49,909 nt of DNA from Nitrospirota bacterium (GTDB lineage Bacteria; Nitrospirota; Thermodesulfovibrionia; Thermodesulfovibrionales; Dissulfurispiraceae): the NCBI GenBank assembly GCA_040754455.1, contig JBFMCP010000025.1:1-49909 (forward strand), written 5' to 3'. The translations under genes were made by a program, and so were the position numbers. The notes under the pieces were generated by a model. That model did not search any database. It saw nothing but the letters and a program-made list of their open reading frames with translations, and was not told the origin of the DNA. How positions within the stretch are numbered: the stretch's first letter is position 1; each line of letters opens with the position of its first letter. This document shows positions 27,575 through 37,761 of the stretch, one piece after another.

Positions 27575-28923
27575 TGAATTTTCACAATACAAAGCTCAGC
27601 GCCTTCTGGGATACGCTCCGCACGAGCTACTGGTTTGTCCCGATGCTCATGGCGATCGGCTCGGTCGCGCTCTGGGCCGTTCTTTATAATCTGGACACTC
27701 AGATGGAGAGCTCGTATGTGCGCAGACTGGGTTGGATCTACACGGGAGGGCCTGAGGGGGCGCGCGAGGTGCTTGCGGTAATAGCCGGGTCGATGATCAC
27801 GGTTGCCGGCGTCGTCTTTTCCATTACCATCGTTGCCCTTACCCTTGCCTCTCAGCAGTTCGGGCCTTTCCTGCTCCGCAACTTCATGCGGGATGCCGGC
27901 AATCAGATTGTCCTCGGCACTTTTATTGCAACGTTCATCTTCTGCCTGCTCACCCTGAGAACAGTGCGCGGCACCGATACTGTCAACTTTGTGCCTCAGC
28001 TCTCCGTAACCGCCGGCGTTCTGCTGGCGCTGCTCAGCCTCGGCGTCCTTATCTACTTTATCCACCATGTATCGGCGTTTATTCAGGCATCGAACATCAT
28101 CTCCGTCGTAAGCCGGGATCTGGAAGAGGCCATAGACCGGCTCTTCCCGGAAAAGCTCGGACACGGCGCCGAATACCTTCGTGCCGAAGAACAGTGGGAG
28201 ATCCCCGAACGGTTTGAAGCTGAATCAGGACCAATCACTGTTCGCGAGTGCGGGTATATAAAAGCAATCGACAACGATGCATTGCTGGGGGCGGCGAGAG
28301 AGCATGACGTCGTTATACGCTTGATGAAGCGGCCGGGTGATTTTGTCGCCGGCAATGATGTCATCGCTATGGTCTGGCCCGCTGCAGAGGTGAACGACAG
28401 CGTGGCCCGCGCAATCAATGATTCTTTCGTAATCGGCGCACAGCGTACGGCGACGCAGGATGCGGAATTCGTGGTCAGTCAGATCGTCGAGGTCGCGGTC
28501 CGCGCGCTGTCGCCCGGCATCAACGATCCGTTCACCGCCGTCATCTGCATCGACCACCTCGGCGCGGGACTCAGGCGTCTCGCGGGAAGGGCGATCCCCT
28601 CTCCCCTGCGCTATGATGATGACAAAACCCTCCGCATCATCGCTCACCCGATGACTTTTGCCGATATGGTTGCCGCTGCATTCGACCAGATACGGCACTA
28701 TGGGAGAGCGAATGCAACGGTAACCAGGCGTCTCCTTGAAACTATCGCTTCTATTGCTCCCCATATCCGGCGGGAGGAAGACCGCAGTGCGCTCCTCCGT
28801 CAGTCGGAAATGATCGAGCGCGGAAGCCGCGAAGGTATTGCCGAAGAGGAGGATTGCAGGGAGGTCCGGAAACTGTACCGCGCAGCGCGTGAAGCGCTCC
28901 ACGCCGAACGCATCACCGTGTAG
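27574..28923 (+). CDS. DUF2254 family membrane protein
   Basis: VALTLASQQFGP and VAVRALSPGINDPFTA. Confidence 0.88.
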   Translation: MNFHNTKLSAFWDTLRTSYWFVPMLMAIGSVALWAVLYNLDTQMESSYVRRLGWIYTGGPEGAREVLAVIAGSMITVAGVVFSITIVALTLASQQFGPFLLRNFMRDAGNQIVLGTFIATFIFCLLTLRTVRGTDTVNFVPQLSVTAGVLLALLSLGVLIYFIHHVSAFIQASNIISVVSRDLEEAIDRLFPEKLGHGAEYLRAEEQWEIPERFEAESGPITVRECGYIKAIDNDALLGAAREHDVVIRLMKRPGDFVAGNDVIAMVWPAAEVNDSVARAINDSFVIGAQRTATQDAEFVVSQIVEVAVRALSPGINDPFTAVICIDHLGAGLRRLAGRAIPSPLRYDDDKTLRIIAHPMTFADMVAAAFDQIRHYGRANATVTRRLLETIASIAPHIRREEDRSALLRQSEMIERGSREGIAEEEDCREVRKLYRAAREALHAERITV

Positions 28924-29260
28924 CAAGGTGACTTCTTGACTCATGAAATAAAATTAGTAACCGGCCGACATCCTCTACATACTCCACAAGGCTTTTAATC
29001 ATACGGATATTTATGTCTGACAGCCGAAAGGACCTGAATCATAAGGAGTTCAGAAAGAAAGCATAAAACCGGATACATGCACAAGCTCTCTTGAAATGGC
29101 CCAAGCCCTGCCGGCGCTCCCCGAGGTCGATGCCCCTCTGGATCGCATCGATGCTGCCTTCGCCTGCTCCATAGAGGGCATGACGCTCCTTAATCTTATT
29201 CACGCGGGCACAGTTAAGGAGCAAGACAGATCAATGCCCCTCCCTTAACAAGACGTCTCC

Positions 29261-29298
29261 TTGAATGTACTCACCTTATACCCTAAACTTTTAAGTAG
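29261..29298 (+). promoter_or_regulatory. Putative promoter of the GGT-LctP operon (shared motif)
   Basis: TTGAAT-17 nt (ending CCC)-TAAACT-TTTAAGTAG. Confidence 0.55.
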
Positions 29299-29399
29299 GA
29301 TAAGGCAACCGCATGGAGGTCATACAAGACCTGCCCTCAACCCTCTCTCAAGCACTTTAGACTGAGCTGAAACATCATAACCATTAAGAGGAGGCGACT

Positions 29400-31052
29400 A
29401 TGAGCGTAGCATCTCAGCAGTACCGGCACTCTACAGGACGTCCCGTTACTATGGGCGCTATGGCCATGGTGAGCACTTCGCACTACCTCGCCAGCGCGGC
29501 AGGATTCTCCATGCTCGACAGGGGAGGTTCCGCTGTTGATGCGCTCATCGCCGCCAATGCGACACTTGCAGTGGTTTACAACCATATGGCCGGCCTCGGC
29601 GGCGATCTGTTTGCCCAGGTATGGGATCCAAAAACAGGAAAGGTCGAGGCATTGAACGGGTCCGGCCGCTCCGGTGAACGGGTCACGATCGATGCGTATC
29701 GTTCCAAGGGGTGGGACAAAATCCATCCGAGAGGCCCGCTTGCCGCCAACACCGTTCCCGGCGTAGTGGATGCATGGCGGAAGCTCCACGAGCGGCACGG
29801 AAAGCTGGAATGGAAAGAGCTGTTTGGACCGGCTCTCCGCCACGCCCACGGCTTTCCGGTCTCGCAGAAGCTCCGCGATTACATCGAGCAGTATTCCGAC
29901 ATGCTGAAGGAGTTCGAGACCGCATCAGCTATCTTTCTGCCCGGCGGACAGGCGCCGAAAGCAGGTTCAATTGTGCGACAGCCGGACCTGGCGAGCAGCC
30001 TCTCTCTGATCGCCGAAAAGGGTGCTGACGTTTTCTATCGGGGAGAACTGGCGGAAAGGATGGTGCGCGGGCTCAAGCAGGCGGGCGGGCTCCTGACCGA
30101 GGATGATTTCGCTTCCCACTCCTCCGATTGGGTGGAGCCGCTGCGCACCAATTATAAGGGATACGAAGTCACCGAGCTTCCGCCGAACACCCAGGGTATC
30201 GCCACCCTGATGATCCTGAACCTGATCGAGGCAATGGACCTGCGGGATATCGGCGAGGGCACGGCGGATTACTACCACCTGATGACCGAAGCGGTGAAGC
30301 TTGCCTTTGCGGACCGCGACCGCTGGGTGACCGATCCCGATACGATTGAGGTCCCCTATGACCGGCTGCTCTCGAAGGAGTATGCCGCGGAGCGCAGCCG
30401 CAAGATCGATATGAACCGGGCCACACCCGAGGACGATATACACCCCGGCGTAACCGAACCGGCAATGGCAGGGCACGGCGGCGATACGGTCTATATGTGC
30501 GCGGCGGATGAGGACGGCCTCTGCGTGTCGCTCATCCAGAGCGTTTACTTCGAATTCGGATCGGCGTTCATACCGCCCGGCACCGGCATACTCCTGCAGA
30601 ACAGGGGCTCGTTCTTCAAGCTCGACCCCGACCATCCCAATGCGCTCGCGCCGCGAAAGCGTACCTTCCATACGATCATCCCGGCGATGGCGCTCAAGGA
30701 CGGAAAACCTGCGCTCCTGTTCGGTACCATGGGCGGTGAGGGCCAGCCCCAGACCCAGACGGCGATGCTCACCCGCATGGCTGACTTCGACTTCAATGTA
30801 CAGGAAGCGATCGAGGCGCCGCGCTGGCTCTATGGAAGGACGTGGGGCGAATCCTCACGGTCGCTCAAGCTGGAGGGGCGCATACCGGACGGCGTCGTCG
30901 CGGAGTTGAAGCGCCGCGGCCACGATGTCCAGATGATGGAGGACTGGTCGCAGAAGATGGGGCATGCCCAGGCGATCTGGATCGATAGAGAGCAGGGTGT
31001 GCTGCATGGCGGCGCCGACCCCCGCGGTGAAGGGCTCGCTATCGGCCACTAA
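29400..31052 (+). CDS. Gamma-glutamyltransferase-family Ntn hydrolase (YwrD/HpxW-like clade), cytoplasmic
   Basis: HMAGLGGD, PPNTQG, autoprocessing GGDTVY, GTMGGEGQPQ and PRWLYGRTWGESSRSLKLEGR. No signal peptide. Confidence 0.9.
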   Translation: MSVASQQYRHSTGRPVTMGAMAMVSTSHYLASAAGFSMLDRGGSAVDALIAANATLAVVYNHMAGLGGDLFAQVWDPKTGKVEALNGSGRSGERVTIDAYRSKGWDKIHPRGPLAANTVPGVVDAWRKLHERHGKLEWKELFGPALRHAHGFPVSQKLRDYIEQYSDMLKEFETASAIFLPGGQAPKAGSIVRQPDLASSLSLIAEKGADVFYRGELAERMVRGLKQAGGLLTEDDFASHSSDWVEPLRTNYKGYEVTELPPNTQGIATLMILNLIEAMDLRDIGEGTADYYHLMTEAVKLAFADRDRWVTDPDTIEVPYDRLLSKEYAAERSRKIDMNRATPEDDIHPGVTEPAMAGHGGDTVYMCAADEDGLCVSLIQSVYFEFGSAFIPPGTGILLQNRGSFFKLDPDHPNALAPRKRTFHTIIPAMALKDGKPALLFGTMGGEGQPQTQTAMLTRMADFDFNVQEAIEAPRWLYGRTWGESSRSLKLEGRIPDGVVAELKRRGHDVQMMEDWSQKMGHAQAIWIDREQGVLHGGADPRGEGLAIGH

Positions 31053-31085
31053 GCCGCCGGACGAGAATTCTCGGAGGAGGTCGTC

Positions 31086-32756
31086 ATGAAGGAAAGCATT
31101 GACGTATCCTTTTGGCCCTGGATCGTTGCCGCCACTCCTCTGGCGGCGATACTCATCCTGCTGGTGGGGCTTCGGTGGAAAGCGGCAACTGCCGCTCCCG
31201 TCGGTTACTTCATCGCTACGATCGCGGCCCTGACACTCTTCCGGGCATCGCCCCGCATCATCGCCCTGCAGACGGTCAAGGGAATATGGGATGCGATCTT
31301 CATTCTCTATGTGATCGTCCCGGCGCTGCTCCTCTACCAGGTTTCGAAAGAGGCCGGCGCGTTTCAAGCGTTGCGACGCGGTATCGAAGCGTACACCCCG
31401 AACGACCTGCTGCATGTCCTTGCCTTCGGCTGGGTCTTCGCCAGCTTCCTGCAGGGTATCACCGGCTTCGGCGCGCCCATAGCCGTAACCGCGCCGCTGC
31501 TGGTCGCCGTCGGCGTAGTCCCGGTCTGGGCGGTCATCATCCCTTTGATCGGCCATGCCTGGGCCAATACTTTCGGCACACTGGCTGTGGCCTGGAACGG
31601 GCTGCAGCTGGTAACCGAGATGCAGAGCCCGGCTACGACCGCTATCATAGCCGCGGTGATGCTGCTCCTGGCCAACCTGCTGGCCGGACTCACCATCGCC
31701 TGGCTCTTCGGGAAGGGGAGGGGCATTCGCGAGGGCCTGCCCGTAGTGTTGATCGTATCAGCGGTCCATAGTGTCGGACAGCTTATCCTTGCGCCGCTCG
31801 TGCCCGAGCTGGCCAGCTTCCTTCCGGCAACCGTAGCGGTGGGCGTCGTAATCATGCTGGGAAGGAGCCGCTGGTACCGGAACCCCACCGGGGTCGAGAC
31901 CAGCCGGGTCATGCAGAAAGGGGAGCTGCAACAGCAACGGGGAGAAGACCGGAAAAAAGAGAGGACAGGAGGCGGTTCCGAACAGGAAGAGATGTCGCTC
32001 CCGCTGGCCCTCTCTCCCTACTTTGTGCTGATTGCCTTGATAGTCCTGGTGCTGCTTATTCCTCCCGTTAAAGACGCTCTTTCCGCCTTCCAGATCGGCC
32101 TTTCCTTCCCGGAGCTCGAGACGGGACGGGGAGTCGTTACCGAGGCTGCCGACGCTTACAGCGCCTTTTCCCCGCTCACACATCCCGGTACGTTTCTGCT
32201 CCTCTCTGCGATCTTTGCCTTTGTGACGTTCCGCTGGGCAGGCACAATAGATCGGGGCAGGATGGATGAGGTGCTGATCAGAACCATTCGCACCAGTATC
32301 CCTTCCGCTATTGCCCTTTTCGCCTTGGTGCCCCTGGCAAAAGTGATGGAAGGCTCCGGTCAGACCCTCGAGCTGGCGCTCGGCATTGCCGGTGTCGCGA
32401 CCGGAACGGTGTACGCATTCGTCGCGCCGCTGATCGGAGCGGTCGGGTCGTTCATGACCTCCAGTAATCTGTCGTCGAACATCCTCTTCGGCCCGCTCCA
32501 GGAACGTACCGCAGCCGCCCTGGGCGTTGCGCAGGCGGCGATCCTTGCAGGACAGACTGCGGGCGCTGCGATAGGCAACAGCATCGCGCCGAGCAACGTC
32601 CTGCTCGGTATCGGTTCGGTAGGTTTGACCGGCAAGACCGGCGAAGTAATTCGCCGTACCATCACGTACATGCTGGCCGGTGTGCTCCTGGCGGGAGCCG
32701 TCTCACTTCTCTATGTGCTCTTTTTGTCGGGAGGAGCAGGAGGGTCTGCACAATGA
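31086..32756 (+). CDS. L-lactate permease (LctP) family transporter, paralog 1
   Basis: FLQGITGFGAPIA, ANTFGTL, TSSNLSSNILF and GAAIGNSIAP. Confidence 0.88.
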   Translation: MKESIDVSFWPWIVAATPLAAILILLVGLRWKAATAAPVGYFIATIAALTLFRASPRIIALQTVKGIWDAIFILYVIVPALLLYQVSKEAGAFQALRRGIEAYTPNDLLHVLAFGWVFASFLQGITGFGAPIAVTAPLLVAVGVVPVWAVIIPLIGHAWANTFGTLAVAWNGLQLVTEMQSPATTAIIAAVMLLLANLLAGLTIAWLFGKGRGIREGLPVVLIVSAVHSVGQLILAPLVPELASFLPATVAVGVVIMLGRSRWYRNPTGVETSRVMQKGELQQQRGEDRKKERTGGGSEQEEMSLPLALSPYFVLIALIVLVLLIPPVKDALSAFQIGLSFPELETGRGVVTEAADAYSAFSPLTHPGTFLLLSAIFAFVTFRWAGTIDRGRMDEVLIRTIRTSIPSAIALFALVPLAKVMEGSGQTLELALGIAGVATGTVYAFVAPLIGAVGSFMTSSNLSSNILFGPLQERTAAALGVAQAAILAGQTAGAAIGNSIAPSNVLLGIGSVGLTGKTGEVIRRTITYMLAGVLLAGAVSLLYVLFLSGGAGGSAQ

Positions 32757-32971
32757 AATGGTACAAGCAGCGGGTGTGGCAGATGGGAGCAGGAGCACTG
32801 ATGATTCTGTTCGGCGCATGGCTCGCCTATAGCGCTGCCGCAGGGGAGATGACGAACACTCCGCTCCTGTGGACCGCCCTTGCCCTCATTTTTTTCGGAC
32901 TTCTCATTCCCCTTATGGCAAAAGCCCTCGAAGCTGCGCAGGATAAAGGGGGGGAGGAGAACGAAAGCTGA
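32753..32971 (+). CDS. Small two-TM protein following LctP paralog 1
   Basis: ATGA overlap with the upstream gene; two hydrophobic segments. Confidence 0.7.
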   Translation: MKWYKQRVWQMGAGALMILFGAWLAYSAAAGEMTNTPLLWTALALIFFGLLIPLMAKALEAAQDKGGEENES

Positions 32972-34650
32972 TGAACGCCGCTCCGCCGGTCACATCCCTT
33001 ACCTGGCTTGCGGCGTTCCTCCCTATTCTGGTTCTCCTGGTGCTGCTGGTGTGGCGCCGCTGGAGCACCTCGGCCGCAGCCCCCCTCGCTCTGGCCGGAG
33101 CAGTCGCTGCCGCGCTGCTCTTTTACCGCACACCGCTGCACACGCTGGCGGTTGCGGCAGGAAAGGGCATCTGGGACGCGATCTTCGTGCTGTACGTCAT
33201 CTGGCCGGCGCTCATTCTGTACAATGTCGCCCACGAGGCCGGGGCCTTCGGCGCTATGCAGCGCGGCCTGCGCCACCTCATTCCCGACCGGCTGCTGGTA
33301 GTGCTGGCCTTCGCATGGGTGCTCGCCTCATTCATACAGAGCATCGCCGGCTTCGGCACGAACCTGGCGGTAACGACGCCCCTGCTGATCGGGCTGGGTG
33401 TACAGCCGGTGTATGCCGTCCTGCTTCCGATGATCGGGGCGGCGTGGGCCAATATGTTCGGCTCGCTGGGCACCGCATGGCTGGCCACCCAAACCGTCGT
33501 CGATATTCCCGATACCACCGTTATACTGCGGTATGCTGCGGCACTCATCTGGGTTCCCAACTTGATGGCAGGGATTGCGATCGCCTGGTTTTACGGAAAG
33601 ACCTGGGCGCTGAAGCGCGGCGGTCCTGCCATTGTAGCGCTCTCGCTTATTCAAGGCGGGTTGCAGTTTCTCCTGGTGCCGATAATCCCTACCATAGGTA
33701 CGTTCCTTGCGACCTCCGCCTCTCTCGGGGCGCTCTTCATCCTTAATCGGTGGGGGTTCTATCGTCAGCAGGACCGGGATGAGCCGCACCTGATTTTCAC
33801 GGAATCCGGAAAACGGGCTTTTTACGAGGAGAACAAAGAACGTGAGGCGAAACTGTCGGTGAAGCCGACTGAGCCTTCCCCAACGCCGGGGCCGCGTGAG
33901 AGACCGGGGATGTCGCTTGCGCTCGCCTTTGCCCCCTATGCCGTTCTCGCCGTCCTCGCCGTCACAGCGCTGCTGATACCACCCGTCAACCATATCCTCG
34001 AACAATTCCGGGTGGGCCTGCCATTCCCGGACGCTACCACCGGGTTCGGGGTGGAGCAGAAAGCGGTCGACGCTTACGCCGCCTTTACTCCGCTGACGCA
34101 TCCCGGCACACTGCTGCTGCTCTCGGCTACGGCGGGCTATCTCCTCTACCGTAAGAGGGGGCTATATGGAAAAGAGGACACGCCGGCGGCCCTACTTTCA
34201 CTGGCGGCAGAGGACGCCTTGCCCGCCACCACCGCAATCGCCGCACTGCTGCTGATCAGCAAGGTGATGGACCACTCGGGTGAAACGACGGTGCTGGCCC
34301 TGGGAATAGCGCAGGTATCCTCTCCGGCAGTCTACGCGGGGGCGAGCGACTTCATTGGCATTCTGGGATCGCTGGTCACCTCATCCAACACGGCCTCGAA
34401 TGTCCTGTTCGCCCCGTTGCAAGCCACTGCTGCGCGTGCCCAGGAGCTTTCCGTCAATTTGATACTTGCGGCGCAGTCCGCCGGAGGAGCGGTGGGCAAT
34501 GCGATGGCTCCCGGCGACGCCCTCCTGGGCGCCACGGTGGCGGGCCTGTCGGGGAGGATAGGGGCTGTGCTGGCGAGAGCGCTGCCGTGGACATTGATAA
34601 CCGGCGCGCTCGTCTCGGCATTTACGCTCGGGATCTACTTCTTAATGTGA
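32971..34650 (+). CDS. LctP family transporter, paralog 2
   Basis: FIQSIAGFGT, ANMFGSL, TSSNTASNVLF and GGAVGNAMAP. Confidence 0.88.
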   Translation: MNAAPPVTSLTWLAAFLPILVLLVLLVWRRWSTSAAAPLALAGAVAAALLFYRTPLHTLAVAAGKGIWDAIFVLYVIWPALILYNVAHEAGAFGAMQRGLRHLIPDRLLVVLAFAWVLASFIQSIAGFGTNLAVTTPLLIGLGVQPVYAVLLPMIGAAWANMFGSLGTAWLATQTVVDIPDTTVILRYAAALIWVPNLMAGIAIAWFYGKTWALKRGGPAIVALSLIQGGLQFLLVPIIPTIGTFLATSASLGALFILNRWGFYRQQDRDEPHLIFTESGKRAFYEENKEREAKLSVKPTEPSPTPGPRERPGMSLALAFAPYAVLAVLAVTALLIPPVNHILEQFRVGLPFPDATTGFGVEQKAVDAYAAFTPLTHPGTLLLLSATAGYLLYRKRGLYGKEDTPAALLSLAAEDALPATTAIAALLLISKVMDHSGETTVLALGIAQVSSPAVYAGASDFIGILGSLVTSSNTASNVLFAPLQATAARAQELSVNLILAAQSAGGAVGNAMAPGDALLGATVAGLSGRIGAVLARALPWTLITGALVSAFTLGIYFLM

Positions 34651-34658
34651 GAGGGAGA

Positions 34659-34841
34659 ATGAGAAAAGAGACACTGTTTATCGCTGCCGCCCTGCTTCTT
34701 GCGGCCTCTTTGGCTCTTATTGTGTACGGTCTGCAGAACGAAACATCATGGTTATGGCGCACCGGCTTATGGGCAATCCTTCTGGCAATGATCCTTTCCC
34801 TCGCTTCGCACTGGAGCGATCAGGGGAGCCGCAAAGATTGA
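34659..34841 (+). CDS. Small two-TM protein following LctP paralog 2 (60 aa)
   Basis: RBS GAGGGAG, ATG 34659. MRKETLFIAAALLL...YGLQNETSWLWRTGL... Confidence 0.7.
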   Translation: MRKETLFIAAALLLAASLALIVYGLQNETSWLWRTGLWAILLAMILSLASHWSDQGSRKD

Positions 34842-34925
34842 TCGAAAGAATCCGCCATAGACACTCTTCGGGACGAGGCGAAGTATTCATGCCCTTTACG
34901 GAACGCAGCAACGAGAGGTGATGCA

Positions 34926-36551
34926 ATGCAGAATCAACTTCCTATAGGTCTGTTTCATTGGATAGTGGCCCTTCTTCCGATACTCGTTCTCCTCTTCCTT
35001 CTGGTCTTCCTCAGGTGGAAGGGGCCGCAGGCAGGGCCGGTGAGCATGTTCACCGCCTGGGCGGTGGCGCTCCTCTTCTTCCGCACCCCTTTCGAAACCC
35101 TGGCGGTCGCCAGCGCCAAGGGCGTATGGGATGCCATTTTCATCCTCTATGTTATCTGGCCTGCCCTCCTCCTCTACAAGATAGCTGACCGGGCCGGGGC
35201 CTTCGAGGCTCTCAGAATAGGCATACGCCGGTTCAGTCGGAACAGGCTCTTTCTGGTGCTCGCCTTCGGCTGGATATTTGTCTCCTTTCTCCAGGGGATC
35301 GCGGGATTCGGCGTTCCGATAGCGGTTGCCGCGCCCCTGCTCGTCGCCATCGGTGTGCGGCCGCTGTACGCCGTCGCCATTGCGCTGATCGGCCATTCCT
35401 GGGCAAACATGTTCGGCACCCTCGCGGTCGGCTGGCTTGCGACCATTAAAGTGGTAGAGCTTCAGAATGTGACTGGAACCGCTTTTCAGACCGCGATCCT
35501 GCTCTGGATCCCCAACCTCCTGGCGGGCTTTACTATCGCATGGCTCTTCGGCAGGATGAATGGGATCAGGCATGCCTGGCCCCTCGTCCTCATCATCTCT
35601 CTCATCCACGGCGGGGGACAGCTCGCGCTGGTGCTCTGGAACCCGGTCGTTTCGACCTTTATCCCCGCAACCGTCGCACTGGGTGCGCTCTACCCTCTTT
35701 CGCGCTGGGAGAGGTACAGTGAGCCTCAAGATATCGAGAGCGAAATCATGCAGGAGCGGAAGGGAAAGAAGGAGACGGAAGAGAAAGAGCCTGTCATGGG
35801 GCTCTGGATGTCCGTACTGCCCTATGTCGTTCTGGCGGTATCAATTGTAATAGGGTCCGGCATCCCCCAGGTCGAAAGCATTCTGGGTCAGTTCGAGATC
35901 GGCTTGCCCTTCCCGGAGACGACAACCGGATACGGGCTCACCACAGAAGCGATCCGACCCTATTCACCGTTCAGTCTTTTCACCCATCCCGGCACGTATC
36001 TCCTGCTCGCGTCGCTTATAGGCTGGACAGTATACAGAGCTAAGGGCTATTACCGGAAAGCAGGCCGTGAGAAGGAGGGCATCTGGAGCGGACTGATCGG
36101 CAATGCGATCCCCGCCTCGATAGCGGTCACCTCGTTCCTGGTGCTGAGCAAGACAATGGACGATTCGGGGCAGACGAACGTGCTGGCGCTCGGCATCTCG
36201 GCGGTGTCTCCTCCCCTGGTGTACGCATTTTTTGCAAACTGGATCGGGATTGTGGGAGCCTTCATCACCTCGAGCAACACCGCCTCGAACATCCTCTTCT
36301 CGCCTCTTCACGATACCGTGGCACAGACGGAGCAGGTACTCTCACAGACAACGCTCATTGCCGCCCAGTCTACCGGCGGCGCGATCGGCAACGCGATAGC
36401 GCCCGCCAATATAATTCTGGGGACGAGCACGACGCAGCAGACCGGCAAGCTCGGCGAGATACTGAAGATGACGCTTCCCTGGGCTGCCGTTGCCGCGGTA
36501 TTGACCGGCATTGTCACTGTTCTGATAAACAATGTAACCTTCGTGAGGTGA
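34926..36551 (+). CDS. LctP family transporter, paralog 3
   Basis: FLQGIAGFGVPIA, ANMFGTL, TSSNTASNILF and GGAIGNAIAP. Confidence 0.88.
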   Translation: MQNQLPIGLFHWIVALLPILVLLFLLVFLRWKGPQAGPVSMFTAWAVALLFFRTPFETLAVASAKGVWDAIFILYVIWPALLLYKIADRAGAFEALRIGIRRFSRNRLFLVLAFGWIFVSFLQGIAGFGVPIAVAAPLLVAIGVRPLYAVAIALIGHSWANMFGTLAVGWLATIKVVELQNVTGTAFQTAILLWIPNLLAGFTIAWLFGRMNGIRHAWPLVLIISLIHGGGQLALVLWNPVVSTFIPATVALGALYPLSRWERYSEPQDIESEIMQERKGKKETEEKEPVMGLWMSVLPYVVLAVSIVIGSGIPQVESILGQFEIGLPFPETTTGYGLTTEAIRPYSPFSLFTHPGTYLLLASLIGWTVYRAKGYYRKAGREKEGIWSGLIGNAIPASIAVTSFLVLSKTMDDSGQTNVLALGISAVSPPLVYAFFANWIGIVGAFITSSNTASNILFSPLHDTVAQTEQVLSQTTLIAAQSTGGAIGNAIAPANIILGTSTTQQTGKLGEILKMTLPWAAVAAVLTGIVTVLINNVTFVR

Positions 36552-36555
36552 CCGA

Positions 36556-36720
36556 ATGCTTATAAAAGGTGTCGCACTGATCTTCATGCTGATCTCTTTT
36601 CCCTTCATCAGCTATGGGGCGATGCGCGAGATATCATGGCTCTGGTGGAGCGGGCTCATTGCACTGGCTATAGGCGGTCTTATCCCTGCGGCTTCGCGCT
36701 TTTTCGAGTCGAGCGGGTAG
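36556..36720 (+). CDS. Small two-TM protein following LctP paralog 3 (54 aa, not in ORF track)
   Basis: RBS GAGGTG. MLIKGVALIFMLISFPFISYGAMREISWLWWSGLIALAIGGLIPAASRFFESSG resembles the 34659 ORF. Confidence 0.7.
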   Translation: MLIKGVALIFMLISFPFISYGAMREISWLWWSGLIALAIGGLIPAASRFFESSG

Positions 36721-36777
36721 AGGTCGCCGGTCCAACGGGACACGCCCGCATCAATAGGAAAGCGAAGATCAGAACGA

Positions 36778-37761
36778 TCAATAAATGAAGCTGAGGCCTG
36801 CAGTGCCATAGACAACGGTGTTATCTGCATCATCAAGGGGCTTCTCGGCATTGGCTATTGCCTTGTCACGAACAATCATATGGACTCCGGCGCTGAAGCT
36901 CCAGTTGCCGTACTCCTTCGGGATGAACTTCAGCGGCAGCGATGCGACCAACCCCGCGCTTCCGTATGCCAGGACATCGTCGTCATCGGTGCCATAAAAA
37001 TCATCGAACCCCAGACCCGCCTCGATCGGCACCTTCAGGGTAAGACCGCTGCCCTGTATCGGGTTGAAGCCGGGAGTAATAGACACCCCTGCAAAATAGC
37101 CGTCGCCCGCATCTACGGGAAAAACTATCTTGGCCTGTGGTGAAAGACCGCCGATGAAGTTTTTGCCGGTGTACAGCACTGCCGCGGCGACCTCCTCCGA
37201 GGTGCCGGAAACATCGTTGGGACTCGTAAAGGCGGTGTAGGTCACCCCGAAGAGCAGGTCATCGGAGGTCCGCGTCGTCAACGCGGCAAAGTTGTTGGAC
37301 TCGTACCAGATCTTGGGATCAGTGGCATTATCGAAAGGAGCTTTATCACTCAGGGCATTCTGTGAGGCGACTACGAGGTTCAGGTTGCGAAGCCAGCCCT
37401 GATTTCGCTCGAAAAGCCCGAAGACGACCTTCAGTGTTCCGGATACCGCGATATCGTTCAGTTCTTCCCTGACATCGTCGAATTTTCCGCGTGTGTAGTC
37501 CGCCGTGCTGATGCCCAGGCTGCCTATAACATGAACCTTGCCCGGGCTCGGCGTCGTATCTTTCAGGATAGTCCCGAGCGAATCCACGGAGATAACCTCC
37601 TTCTGTTCAGCGGCAAGGGATATCCGAGTCCCCAGCAGCCCCAGCACCAGCGAAGCAATCAATAAGACATGCATACAGAATCCGCTTCCCCTGCAGCTCC
37701 TCTTCATTGTTAACTCCCCTTCCGCACCCGCATTATTTTTATCAGAGCAACACTTCTCCAT
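36778..37761 (-). CDS. Exported hypothetical protein, probable outer-membrane beta-barrel (start uncertain)
   Basis: Signal-like hydrophobic stretch, amphipathic strands and a C-terminal YGTAGLSFIY. Confidence 0.65.
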   Translation of the reverse strand: MEKCCSDKNNAGAEGELTMKRSCRGSGFCMHVLLIASLVLGLLGTRISLAAEQKEVISVDSLGTILKDTTPSPGKVHVIGSLGISTADYTRGKFDDVREELNDIAVSGTLKVVFGLFERNQGWLRNLNLVVASQNALSDKAPFDNATDPKIWYESNNFAALTTRTSDDLLFGVTYTAFTSPNDVSGTSEEVAAAVLYTGKNFIGGLSPQAKIVFPVDAGDGYFAGVSITPGFNPIQGSGLTLKVPIEAGLGFDDFYGTDDDDVLAYGSAGLVASLPLKFIPKEYGNWSFSAGVHMIVRDKAIANAEKPLDDADNTVVYGTAGLSFIY

